The notes beneath the pieces were generated by a model. The model saw only the letters and a program-made list of their open reading frames with translations. It was not told the DNA's origin and made no database searches. DNA of 51,348 nucleotides, counting the filler, from Sphacelaria rigidula (taxonomy: Eukaryota): the NCBI GenBank assembly GCA_964200075.2. It is 3 parts of 3 records of this genome, joined end to end, with 100 filler letters (N's around TTAATTAATTAA, not from the genome) between each part and the next. Parts side by side here need not be neighbours in the genome. Positions count along the whole stretch, not along the records: positions 34,302 to 51,348 come from CAXNAA020001179.1; 2 more parts are not named here. The stretch is one strand, 5' to 3'. Both the position numbers and the translations under genes were made by a program. Positions 38,011-50,191 of the stretch are shown here, piece after piece. Positions within the stretch are counted from its first letter, which is position 1. Each line of letters opens with the position of its first letter.

Positions 38011-38482
38011 AAGGGGGGAGGGGAGGGGAGGGGGGATGAATTCGCCCCCATGCTCGGTAACGAAATCAACAGGAAACTCGCATGAGGGGTGGCCCGCAGC
38101 CTGCTTAGTTTGTTCAACCCGAAGGGTACTGATTATTTTGTGTATCGATGACAGCCTGGAATGAGTTGCTTCATGTTCTCGTATCGTCATTTCCAGAGGC
38201 AGCCACGGGTTACACTTCTTCATGGGCCTCTCACCATCCAAACACTACGCAGTACGATCACCCTCTTTGTGCGGAGTTGAGGTTCTCCCACTCGGAACAA
38301 TTTAATCGGTTATGCGCCATTCAAGATCTTGCCCAGGGTCAAACTGCACGCCCCATATATCGCCGGAGTGTGCCGAATTGCTCTCAGACCGTGGAGCGAG
38401 TTATCCCGGGGTTGCATTATCCGCCTGGCCGTTTTTTCATGAGAAAACCGTTGTCGAAGGGCCCAAATATTCGCTCTTCATT

Positions 38483-38875
38483 GCCGGTCGCCCCGGTGGG
38501 TTAGTAGGTAACCTCGAAACCTTCTTACCGTTGGGTCGTGGATTCGAATCTCGGTGCAGTCACACGATCTGGGATTCAATTCTTCCTCGCACCATGCCCA
38601 ATGGTGGAGAGCGACTATCTCGGGGGTACACGAAATTCGACTTTACGGTCGTCGAGGGAAAGGGAGCGCTGAACCCCTCTCGCGATAAAAAGGAAGGCAA
38701 GCACCGCAGAAGGAAGGAGGAGCACTAAAAACAAGAGAAAATAATGAAAAACTCCGATGTTGGCCATCTCATGTGTGACCCCGGCTGGTACACCCACATA
38801 AAATAAACCGAAAGGTAGGTGTAATCTGGCGTCCAGAATAGATGGGATGAAAACGCGCATACATGAAAACGATAA
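38483..38875 (+). mobile_element. tRNA-derived SINE, family B, copy 1
   Basis: Box A-like TGGGTTAGTAGG and box B-like GGATTCGAATCTC; homologous to the reverse complement of 39625-39983. Confidence 0.7.
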
Positions 38876-39624
38876 CACTCAAATGAGAAGGGATCTGGGG
38901 AGAGGCGAGGGGGTTGATTGCGGGGGTCAGTCAGCGCTTGTTTGTTATTGTATCTTCAAAGCACGCCGCTGTTTGTCCCTGAAAAGGTTCAAGTTCTTGC
39001 TGCCTTATTTTCCGCAAAATTGAGGTCGACAAACCGCTCTCCATTTTTGAGGAGCCTCCTTAAAATGATTCCCCGTTCTTCATGTGTGTACGAGCTGGGC
39101 CAGCCAAGAGTAGGCGCAAACCTCGCTCAGGCGACGCACGGCGAGATATTGGGAGTTGGACGCTGAAATTTTGACAGCAGCTGTTCATGATCGAAATGCA
39201 GAAGATCACGTGAGCAGCAAAACAAAAACTTAAAAACAAGGAAGTTAAGGGGATTCGAAATTTCAGAAAAAATAGATCATGCAAGAAGTCCAGGATAGAA
39301 GGGAGAATCTGCAGCTGGACTCGTGAACTATCAGTCCCTTGGGTGCAGAAGGTCTTCGTGAAGTTTCAGCTCAAGACTAGTCGAATTGGGCCGTGCGTTC
39401 AACATTTTACGTGACGCTGCTCCACCCCACTAACACCCAGTGCGGGGTGATTGCCGACGTGAACCCGCCGCATTAAAAAAAAAACGCACTCCGCCACCCT
39501 ATCGCACAACGATCTCAGACCCACCCCGTACACTATGCAATACANNNNNNNNNNGGTTCATTCGGGAAACTGGGGAAGCTGTGGTGTGAGCAACTTTCAG
39601 GCGCTTTTAAGCTGGCCCAGCTCG

Positions 39625-39983
39625 TACAGTATGCGCTTTCATCCCACTCATTGTGGACGTCGGCACACCTTCTGGTGGATGTGGGCGCAACGGCCGGGGT
39701 CACACAGGAGGAAGGTTACACCGGAGGTGTTCATCTCTTCTCCATTTTCCCTCTGCGGTGCCAGCCATGATTTTAATCGCAATAAGGGTTCGACCGCCCT
39801 TTTCCCTCGTCATTACTCGTAACTATCGATTTTTGCTCGGTCACAAAATATCCGTGTTCCACTGCTGAGTATTTTGTAAGAGAGAAAGAAACGCAGTTTG
39901 TGTGACTTTCCCGATGATCAAACTAACGACCTACTCGTCAGATGGTTTCCGAGGTTGCCAACCGAACCGCCGAGGCAACCGGC
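39625..39983 (-). mobile_element. SINE family B, copy 2 (inverted)
   Basis: Minus strand begins gccggttgcctcggcggttcggttggcaacctcggaaacc and ends ...gggatgaaagcgcatac, matching copy 1. Confidence 0.7.
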
Positions 39984-40175
39984 TGTTCACCCGCTACATG
40001 GATGATCTACTGTCTGGCATCATCGGTCAAGCTTCGCAGCACGACCACGATGCAGTGGATTATTCCTCCTGGTGGTGACGACATGGATGGGTCGCCTCAG
40101 CTCACAAACACGAGTTAGGAGCTGTACGTAGTAAGTTTCGAGAAGGATTATTGCAAAGGACTGCTGTACCTCCAG

Positions 40176-40377
40176 CGATGGGGGCGTCTTTCCAAGCCCG
40201 CATCCGCCAGATCAAGGCCTCTGTACTCGCGCGAGGCGCCTCGTTATCGAAAAATCTTGGCGACATCGGTCCCGACTACTTCTCAAGCTTAGGCGATGGG
40301 ATCGCCGCGGTTTACAATAAAATCAAGGAGCAAAAATACGGCATCATCACTGGGCTGACCGTAGCCGTCTCGTCTAC
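40176..40377 (+). CDS. Candidate exon of an unknown protein with a hydrophobic end
   Basis: Acceptor-like ctgtacctccag, stop-free MGASFQARIRQ...KYGIITGLTVAVSST and a gtgtgt donor; a second acceptor ccctcag lies at ~40614. No homology recognised. Confidence 0.3.
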
Positions 40378-41044
40378 GTGTGTTCCAATTAACCCTTGGA
40401 CCGCGAGGGTAGTCTTTCTGGATCGTGCATACGTTTTTCAAGTAAAAATGATGCCGATTCAACAGATGATCTACTCTCGCTGTCTAAGGGTTACGGGGGG
40501 GAATAGAAAGCATCCAGTTATTGGAGTAACTTGAGTCACGCGCCGCTCCCTCTCACCGAACATTATCAAGCTATAAACGTCTCTTAGGTATTCCGTGTGT
40601 TGATTTGCCCTCAGGTGCAGTTTGCTACGCCGCCGTCTGGTGCTTTGAGCCCCAAGAATAATTTATTCCAGTCTGACGTTCGTATTCCAAGTAAAAACGA
40701 TACTCATTCCGCAGATGGCCCACACTGACTGGCGGTGACACTGCCACTGCCTACTAGGCAGTACAACAGTAGGGTACAGTGAACCGTGTGAATACTGCTG
40801 AGAAACAACGCGCCACAGATCGAATCTCGCTGTGCGGCGCTGCAGACACTATCTGATGTGAGCGGAACCTCGAGACAAATTCATCACAACAGGGCGCAAC
40901 CTACGCGTATCAACTCCTCCTCGTCCGCGTGGTCAAATCGAATAGTAGTGCAGTACGGTGCTCGGGGAATCGGCTGTGAGACTTGAACACAGTAGTCTAC
41001 ACCCCCATCCTACGTAGCGCCAAAGCCGTATTACAGCCCTTCCA

Positions 41045-41075
41045 TACAGTACAGTACAGTACAGTACAGTACAGT
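41045..41075. repeat. (TACAG)n microsatellite
   Basis: About six visible units. Confidence 0.9.
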
Positions 41076-42157
41076 CTCGGCACCACTTCAGTGGTATAGG
41101 ATGATCCTTCCCACGAAAATTTGCTGTAGCTTTCAACCAGGGGAGAACCATCGAATGCAACTCTCCTCTCTCGGGTGAATCGAAAGTTGCCTTCTTAAGG
41201 TCCGAAAGGGGGCGCTCATACCTGAAGTGTGTATAGCTTCTTGTATCTTATCCTTCACGGGAAGCTCTTGTCTCTTTGCGCTCTTGGATGTGAAGAGGGC
41301 GAAGAGTCCGAATGACAAATATCCCTCACAGCGCGTACGCACGACTCACTCCAACCCACAGCGGGTCGAGACTAACGTGACGGAAGAAAACGCGGCGAAA
41401 TAGTGCGCAAGAAAGCGTGAAACCGTCGATTTTTGACTATCGAGAGTGATGGATCAGTACGTAAGTGGAGTTTGAATTTGAGTACGATCATGGTCGCAGG
41501 CAGCGACCATGACGATGCGGATCAAGCCGCTAGCATCGTCTGGCAGTTTTGTCATTGCTGGAATTCAGACGAGACATTGCCCCGAGCGTTTCTCGGGAGG
41601 TAACTCCTCGGCAGCCGTGCGGGGTATCAGGTGAACGAAAAGACTCGCCGCGGGCAGGAGTTGCGGTATCTTGTATTCTGCACAGTGTGAAGTTGGGAGC
41701 CTACACGAGGACCAGAACTGCAGGCTCCTCATGTGATTGCAACATACCGTCTCCACACTCAATGATCAGCTCCGTAGCACAGGAGGGACTGCTACGACTA
41801 CGAGTACGCGCCACAATGCTACCGTAAGATCTACTTACAGTAAAGGCCACGCACAACAGTGACGGTAGTGCTACGACTTCAAGGCTACAACAACAGTCGC
41901 AGTTGCTACGATCGAAATTCGAAACGTTCCGCGGTAGAACCTTTTCTCTCGCACAGCACGAGTGATGCGGGCACTGAGACAACTGAGACATCAAAGAACA
42001 GTCAGTCCATACACTTTCGCAGTCAAGTAGAAACGCAGTCAACTTTAATCGTCTTCAAAATGCATCCCGTCTACTGTGGATCCAACATCCGACCCGACGA
42101 CAGCTGATGTGCTGCAGAACCACTTCTTCCACCTGCGGGTGGCAGGTGAACAATTTT

Positions 42158-42380
42158 GTTGGACCCGAAATGTGTTTCTGTGGGGCCTGAACCCTGTTGT
42201 CCGCACGAACATACTGTCCTTGAAACTACTCTTGCTACCTCTAATGTGGACCCCCCTGTGTCCTAGGGTTCATGGTCGGCATTCCGTTGAGGTCAGGGTC
42301 AGGGTCGGGGTCAGGGTCAGGGTTAGAGTCGGTGTGAGTTAGCTCGGGTTTCTGGGATAAAATAACACTTGTGGTCCAAC
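42158..42380. mobile_element. Mutator-like MITE
   Basis: TIR gttggacc...tgt pairs with aca...ggtccaac. The 9-bp flanks aacaatttt (42149-42157) and aacaatgtt (42381-42389) match 8/9. It contains internal (GTCAGG)n. Confidence 0.65.
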
Positions 42381-44314
42381 AACAATGTTGTTGACCCTTT
42401 GGGAGGGAAATGGTGGGACTGGATCGGTAGTGTTATTTACTGTTCTACTTTTCTCATTGGCCCGCTGGTGGAGGATGTACAGACAGTACTGCATTGGTCG
42501 TTCGGGTCCATCAGCAAGGTATAGAAGAGGTCGAAGAGATCTCGTACACCGTAAACTAGCAAACCACGAGAGCTGACACCTCTCAATAGAACGCTACCGT
42601 AGCCACCATGTTGTCAAGTCTTGGGAGGTAATTCCCCCGTCGCCTCGCTGTACTGACGATGAACTGCTCGGTCCAATTGCGCCGCTCACGTCCTCGAGAC
42701 ACCAAGATCTTCAAAGTTTGATTCGCCCAAGCGGCGAGAAGGGTCTTTGGGTCAGGAACTACCGTCGCTGCAACCGGAACAATCAAGCAAATAGCTGTAA
42801 GAACTAAACTCTACAGACAGTATTCTGGCTGTCAAGCACTCTACTTTGGGGGGAACATATGCTACGGGTGCGGAAGTTGCACTATATGACAGGTCCGTCA
42901 TCTGTCATGTTTCTCATCGTCTCGTCATGAGGTGCTGCTCTTTCTGGCTTACCGGGCGCAAGATGAAAACAAAAAATATGGAGTCGTGCGAACCCGGGGC
43001 CAGCGCATGCGCCATGCAGTGATGCGGTTGCGCTTTGTTGGATAGACCAGATGCGGGGCAGTAATCGGGGAATGATAATTGGGGAACAATCGACAACAAG
43101 GCTCACCTCTTTTTGCTCAGCATGATGACATGTGCATGAGCATCCATCTTCTCTCCGGGCGAGCATCAGAGCACCGCAGTACAGAATAAATAATGCATGC
43201 TATCGCTCGCCGGTGGTTGAGGGAGGGGGATATCAGGCATCGCATCGAATCGCACGATGAACTCGACTAGAGAAAACGCCAGGGTCTGCTACGTGTAGTT
43301 GTAGGTGGTCCTTGTATATCGTGCGAATCGATCATACCATAGATGCTGTGCTTCCCGATTCCCGGATATCACACAGGACCCGTATCGGCCGAATAGGGCC
43401 ATTGTCGACTACTGCAAATGGACGTGGTGTTTGATAGTCCCATCAACTCGGTCGAGGAGATAGTGCCGCGAATGAGCTGCCTTGCGTAGACTAAAGACCG
43501 ACTGTACTACTGTGCTGTAACTGTCATCAAGTAACCAACTGTATGTAGGTCCAGACATGGCGCCGTCGCGCGTTTTTCGGATTAGTTTCGAATATGCCCG
43601 GTAAATCTGACGTGCAGGTTGGTGCTGATCCGTTGGAGTGGGTCGCCAGTTGCCCCGCTTATACAGATGCCAATGTTGAGGGCTGCCTAACGCAACATCT
43701 TCATCATCACTACGCCTGACTACGCACAACCTTCCCGGGGATGCCAAGAGAAGAAAAGAAAACAGAAAGTCAGAGTGATTTGAAGTTTCTGCAGAAACTG
43801 GAAAACTGCTGTTAAAAAATAACTCCGTGAAAATAAATAAATACGGGGGCATCCCCGGTTGTGCGTCCTCGTGTGGAGGAGATCCTGGTGCAATTTCGGC
43901 CAAAAATTCCACAATTTTTGCGCTTCTTTAATCCGAGTGATGCAGTTGACTCCAGTTATGGAGATTGCGAGTTCGAATCCCGACGGATTCCCTTTTTTTT
44001 GTTCCGTCGGTTAGGTAATATATCATGCTGGTATTGTTATTGTAGTAATTGTTGTTGTCTTCACATCGAAACCCGTTCCGACATCTGCGCGGTACAATCG
44101 TACATTGGTACTGGGCATCTGATGATGCGGGCGCCTTCCGTGGCCACAGGCTAGCTACCTTTAATACGGTATGAGGAAATCAAACAAGAACGAAAAAACA
44201 GAAGCAGACCCAGAACAAAAAACGCACAAAATGCGACGCAAGCAAAACAGGAAAATAATAAAACAGAAAGAGAACAAATGAATATGACTAATCTCGCAAG
44301 ATCCGATGCCGCAG

Positions 44315-44527
44315 GTGGCCATTCGGGAGTGGCACCCGGCTTTCCAAGTCGATGCGCGAGGTCAAGTAGAAATTAACATGGGGTCCGACTACGGGCGAAA
44401 CTCAAGGCCCCAAAGACCACCAACCAAAGAACTGAGGATATCACAAGGTTCCATCTTTCGACCTCTCGAGGGACACCCAGACGTACAAGCATACCAAGCA
44501 TATCAAGACAAGCATCGCATGACATAA
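44315..44527 (+). CDS. Possible terminal exon, unknown product
   Basis: Branch-like gactaat at ~44286, gcag acceptor and an open frame VAIREWHPAF...DKHRMT*. There is no polypyrimidine tract. Confidence 0.2.
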   Translation: MAIREWHPAFQVDARGQVEINMGSDYGRNSRPQRPPTKELRISQGSIFRPLEGHPDVQAYQAYQDKHRMT

Positions 44528-44913
44528 CGACACCCGTCATAGCGGTGGTTCCCCCCTCCCCCCCCCCCCCCCTCCTCTGAACTGTCGTCATTGCTATGTT
44601 GGCTTCGTTGGTGTCCCGTCCAATCGCACGCAGTCGGCATTATGCAGGCATTTACTTACTTATCGATTTCTTCATTCAGCGACGGTCCCGCACGTTACCA
44701 TTGTCGGGTACGTCGGGAAGGGTCCGTGGCAGAACGCAGTGGTCGCCATGCCTTCGATTTCCAGGATGATACTACGTAGGCAACAGCAAGTGCTGTGTGT
44801 CCAGGCGCTCGTTGAAGCAAGATGCGTTCAGTTTCTGTTTGACAAAGTTTTCACACGTGGGACGAGTCACTACTCGTCGAAATGAGTGCACTTGTGGATG
44901 TTTTTAAAAAACA

Positions 44914-45480
44914 CAACGAGCAATATGACTCGAGTGCTCGCCCTATTATTTTTGTCCACAGCGAACAATGACTCGAGTGCCCGCCCGATTATTTTTTTAT
45001 CACAACGAGCAAATGACTCGAGGGCCCGCGCTACTATTTTTTTCTGTAACGAGCAATGACTCGAGTACTCGCCCTGTTATCTTCTTCACAGCGAGCAATG
45101 ACTCGAGTGCTCGCCCTGTTAATTTTTTCCCACAACGAGCAATGACTCGAGTGTGTTCAGGAAGCGAACAGTTTACCCATTGAAATAGTGAGCGCTCACT
45201 GGTTCAATGGGTAAACTGTTCGCTTCCTGAACAAAAGATATGCTGCGTGGTCCATCCCGGCATGACACATCAGGGATCTCCGGGGCCTCTTGCCCCTTGC
45301 AAGCCTCACTGTCCACATGTCAAACTCATTCCTTCCACAATCGATCATGCCGGGATCTCGCCCTATGATTATTTTCCACAACAAGCAATGACTCGAGTGC
45401 CCGCCCTCTTATTATTTCCCACGACAAGCAATGACTCGAGTGCTCGCCCTGTTATTTTTCCCACAATGAGCAATGACTCG
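44914..45480. repeat. Minisatellite of nine ~42-44 bp units, one split by an insertion
   Basis: acgagcaatgactcgagtgctcgccc followed by a T-rich tail, repeated. Confidence 0.92.
45154..45356 (-). mobile_element. 203-bp TSD-less insertion with subterminal inverted repeat and terminal palindrome (Helentron/HINE-like)
   Basis: Splits gactcgagtg|ctcgccc exactly. It has a 12-bp IR at 45254-45265 and 45345-45356 and an 80-bp palindrome at 45154-45233. Confidence 0.55.
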
Positions 45481-45739
45481 AGAGCAATGCTACGGTAGGG
45501 GTGCACTTTTTTCGCGAAATTATGTCTAGTTCAGGGGCTCTTAACGATTCAAGATGCAGAAAAATATGGGTCAGGACATCCCCGTTTGCAAATTTATTCG
45601 GGATACCCCCAGCACATTAGAGTAGTAATCCTGGCGTACTTTCACATATTTTCATGGGTCGCGTTTTGCGTGAAATAAAGGGCTCCTAACAATTCTAACC
45701 CCAGAAAATAGTTGTGCACCCCTACCGTAGCATCACTCT
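45481..45739. mobile_element. MITE with ~26-bp TIRs
   Basis: agagcaatgctacggtaggggtgcac pairs with gtgcacccctaccgtagcatcactct (perfect 20-bp core); no TSD seen. Confidence 0.75.
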
Positions 45740-46153
45740 GGCATAATTTTTGACAGAACAGAGCCGCTGCAGAAGTTACCGGACGTACCTAACCAACAAA
45801 TTGTCCACAACAATCTGCACGTGCGACCATGATGTTTCAGTCTGATATCGTATATCGGATCACATCTTGGATTCTCGGCCCGTGCATTCCGTACACCAGC
45901 AAAACTTGGATCTGTACCGAGGCCAAGGTACGTAGTACTGAAAGAATATGCGAGTACCTGGCACCTCCAGCATTGCCGAGAATCAACTATCCCACACCCC
46001 AATAGCGCAGGCTGCCCGCGGAGCAGTTCAGTGGAAGGCCACCGGACCACATGATTCTGTCGACGATGTACTTCGCTTTAGTCTGTCTAAATGCGCCGCA
46101 TCAGCGGCGGACAAAACACAGCCTCTAACTCCGCAGGAGTACACCCATACCTT

Positions 46154-46310
46154 CTTTTTCGTCACACTTTCAAATCCTCCTTTTCCTCGGGACGCTCGAA
46201 ACAAGTTCATGATCTCCAGGTATCAAAATACTTGTCCCCTGATTCACGCCCTACATTTTTGGCGATACCAATTGGACTAGCACTCCCGCACCACGTCGAC
46301 TCTCGTCAAC
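46154..46310 (-). mobile_element. SINE family A 3' fragment
   Basis: cacacttt...ttcctcggga...agcactcccgcacc.cgtc.actc.cgtca is shared with 765-902. Confidence 0.65.
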
Positions 46311-46795
46311 TAGAATACGTCTGCTACGAAGGGTGCACAGAAAAAAAAATCGCACGCCCACGTACCCCCCCCCCTTCCGGGAGGGCCAGTCAATGGTGAA
46401 ACGACGAAGGAAGGCAACAAATGCGTATCCCCCTCCCTTCCGATCCCCCCGAAGGGCCGAGATATAGTATATATAGAGTGAATATTTCGAACTCACGGGC
46501 GTCAAGCATACTTTGTAACGAGGCGTCCACGATACTTATTGCTGATTATAGTGTGCAAGTTCCTCCGCACCCGCCCCGGGAGATGACTGTGCGGGCCAAC
46601 GCCAATGCTAGGGGCCTGGTTAGCGGATTCGTGCTTTACTCTGTGCGGGGGTACACATGAGTTCGCGACCGTTCGAACGGACGCGCGATCGCGGTGGTCC
46701 TGCAATGTTTCCGGCGGGCATGGAGATTCCGAGAGAGGGTCTATTCTCACGAGGGCTTGGCAAGGCAAGAATACCGAGACCCTCGAAAAAGGTGG

Positions 46796-46833
46796 ACGGG
46801 ACCGGGGCGCAGCCCCGGGTCCCGTGCGGCTTG
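46796..46833 (+). mobile_element. Helitron-like 3' terminus
   Basis: GC-rich hairpin acgggaccggggc-gca-gccccgggtcccgt followed by gcggCTTG|T. Confidence 0.4.
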
Positions 46834-46970
46834 TATATATATATATAAATATATAAATATACAAGGTTCCCCTGCGGGAGGTTGGTACGGGCCTCCCGGG
46901 GGTGACGCAAGTCGAAAATATATATTTTGTTAAGTTTTCCACGATCGATCGTGACGAGGCTGTTGTGGTT

Positions 46971-47810
46971 CGGGATCGACACCCCGCAAAAAGGACCAGT
47001 TTGAGCGACTTTCGGTGGCCAGAATACGCGCCATAGGTATCAGATGGCGCCCAAACCCGAACGGTAACGTACCGCTGAGCCTTCTCGGTGCGCTGCAACA
47101 GGACGTGTGGGAAAAAATACCTTGCCGTCGAAGAAAACTCGGCAAGAACCGTGAAAATGTGAAATGATACATGTACATAATATACGTTGCGCGTAAAAGC
47201 ATTGACAGCGCTTGCACGACCGTGCCTCCTGAAGTGAGTACCTCTACAGGCGATACCACGATAGGTACCGCGGAAAACGACATCATCCAAAGTGTACCCA
47301 ATACGGATCGATGCTCGTTCGCCGGGGCAGGAGCCACCCAGCAGGTCATGATGTGGAAGTGAGCGCAACTGCGTGTCCATAGATGCATTCACTGACGTCT
47401 CACACAGTATGGGCCGAGGGGACTCCGTTTTGAGGGCGCAACTGCATTGCTCTCATGTTCTCGTGACATTGGCGGCATAAGCGGTGTACTCGTGCTCACA
47501 AATGAACGAGAACCCGACGAAGAGAAACACGGGGGAAAAATACCCCGCTAACCATCATCCTGCTGCTTGAACTTTTCATGAACTTGGGAAGGCTTTTGTG
47601 GACCGGGATCGACACCCCGCGAAAAAGAGCCAGTCCGGGCGACTCTCGATGGCCAGAACACGCGCCACAGGTATCAGATGACACCCAAACCTGAACGGTG
47701 ATGTACCGCTGCGCCTCCTTCGTGCACTGCAAAATAAAGCGCGTGATGAAATGCCTTGCCGCCGGAGAAAACTCGGCAAAAGTGGTGAAAAAGGTGAAAT
47801 GATACATGTA
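46971..47810. repeat. Pair of ~205-bp diverged direct repeats (46971-47175 and 47604-47810)
   Basis: Both run cgggatcgacaccccgc...aggtatcagatg...aaaactcggcaa...gtgaaatgatacatgta. Confidence 0.88.
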
Positions 47811-50191
47811 TATATATATATATATATGAATTTCGTGATGGGAGGGGTGGTGTCAACCATATCCGCACGGAACCGCGAAGGAGGGGTCTATCCGAACTAT
47901 GATGGTCATGACAGCCAGCGGGGTTCGAAAGTACATCGTAAATGGCTGCCGCCAGGCGTTTCAACAGCACGATGTCAACGCAGCAATCACCGTCAACGCC
48001 AACAGGCATGCCGTCGGCACGCGTCAGGAAAACGTCATCATGGCCCTCATCGATGACCTTCGCTCTAGAGTTGATGCAAACGGCCAGCGTGTTGCCCATA
48101 CGACGCAGGCAGCCGACGCCTCACTACTGTGGGCGAGGATCGATGAGCTAGGAATCGATGCTCTTTGGCTTCGTTACTGTGCGTACGATGGGAGGATAGA
48201 CGAGTAACGGGGCGCTATTCTACTCGGTTTGGCCCTTCCTTCTCTGGGAAAGATTATCAACGGTTAGAGGGCTGCCGGGTTGGCGCCAACACTGGGAGGC
48301 TTCCTTTCTTCTTTCGTGGTGGTTACGTTTGGCCGTGGGGTTGGAAGTCCGTATCTACCCATACAAGTAATACTAAAGTATAGTTAATATTAGGATAATT
48401 TCTTGATTATTGTCATTTGTTCAAAGCCTCCACACGTGCGAGGTCCCGTGGCGTCGACACCTACAGCACTGCTGCCACGCGCGTCAGCCGTAGTTCACCA
48501 CCACTAGTAAATTCACAGTACTAGTAACATTTCGCTGCTCACTCCACCCACTGCCCACTTGCAAGATATTCATAAATCACTCGGGAACCCCCACCTTCTG
48601 CTGCTGCGCCGCTGAAAACGCAAAGTATTCCGCGACGTGCACACTCTTGACCAGGTTACCTCTATGCTCCGTGACTGCCCACTTGTCGCAGTTAGCCAGG
48701 ACCTCCGCGTAGGCGTGGCGCTATTTCAATACATACTGCTTGTTTCATGACGCATGCGCATACCGCTTCGCACATCTACAGCCTAACCCCTTGCACTGTT
48801 CTAGACTGCCCGTGCCTACTTCCGAGCATTGCGTATCATGCACCAACTGTGCCCGTGTCCGGTGAGTATATCCTAAATAATCCACCACCTATTCCGGTGT
48901 GGCGGTTTCCCATCAAAATCATCTGCCACCACACTCCGGCGCCTGTGCCCAACCTTAGCTGTTCTTCCCCTGGCAAAAGCTGCTAGTCTCTCACTACGCG
49001 AAACCCGATTAATTTTCAAAGGTCTCTCTCCTTCTGGTCTCGGTGACTACCAATCATCCGCCGGCACTCGGCAGTGCTGACAGAACCTGCAGGTCCCATC
49101 ATCGTTGCCCAGGCACGCTCCGCATAACGCTCTTGGCACCCGATCCGGATTTTGGTAGCCCCTGGGTGCGCTCCGCGCGATACTCTGCTCGCGTTTGCCT
49201 CTTTGCTGAACCCGATCAACGGTGTCGATGTCGCCACCCACGTATTCTGTCTCCGCCGTCACCTTTTACATTATCAGGGACACACTATGCGCTGTACTAC
49301 CTGCGGCGCTACGAGTAGCGCCCTAGCGCCACTCTGAAATCAAGCTCAACTGCTACCATGTTCAATTGTGTAAACAAACGGTCGCACATCTTTGGTATCG
49401 CGGTCCGAATAGAGCGCACTGCTCCCACCCGCCACTGCCATCAACTTTTTCTTCCACGAATTCTCTACGCTATCTCGGATACCACTTCTCCTTTTCTACT
49501 AGAACAGTGACCACCGCCGTCGCCTGGAACTCACCCATGCGTTGCACTACTCTTCCCAATCCTATGCACAGGTAGGAAGTAGAAATGAAACATCTCTGGC
49601 GCGATCCCGGTCTCAATGCCACACTTACCCGGTACTTGCTCACACGCTAAATCTGTCATCTTATTCGGCAGCTGCCGTCCGCTGAGATGGGTGTAGCCCT
49701 GCGTAAGCTCCCACAAGTCGTCCGCATTTTTGTTGCTGGCTCCCTCGCCCCGCTTGCGCTTACCCGTTTCCGCTATTCTTTCTAACTCCTCTCTGCCCTC
49801 CTTGTCACTATCTCCTTGCTTTCTCTGCGTTCGCACTCGAGAGCGTCTTGCTCCTTTCGTAGGTTCAACCGTTTTCTTTGGGTACGCTTCCTTTTTCAAC
49901 TACCCCCCCCCCCCCTCCTCCTTGCTGCCAGGGAAAATGGTGTACTGCTCCCCTTCCTCCTTCAGCAGCCTCAGGTGGTTCAACCTCTTCGCCACCTGAT
50001 TGGATGAGGTTTCTTCGGGCATGGATTGTTGATCTCGGAACGTTCTTAACGTTCTCTCCCCTGTTCTAACATCGGCACTTCGGTGTTGAAACCTGATATA
50101 ACCCCCATCAGGCCAGTGAAAGGAAGTACTGCAGTAACTTAAAACAACACCTGTTCCAGAGACAGCACAGCTCGGCCGGCGGGGTTTATTA

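Noticed and set aside
39992-40012. RYMDDLL, resembling an RT catalytic motif
   Set aside because: It is isolated, has no other RT motifs nearby, and directly abuts a SINE head.
43925-43990. tRNA gene suggested by GAGTTCGAATCCC
   Set aside because: No convincing cloverleaf or acceptor stem could be built; at most a decayed SINE head.
45187-45200. agtgagcgctcact resembles the symmetric lac operator core
   Set aside because: It is the centre of a longer palindrome and there is no vector sequence around it.
44914-45480. CRISPR-like repeat/spacer array
   Set aside because: The 'spacers' are short, T-rich and homologous to each other, there are no cas genes and the context is eukaryotic. It is a minisatellite.
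48430-50190. Minus-strand charged ORF fragments
   Set aside because: No recognisable domain and multiple stops, so no call can be supported.
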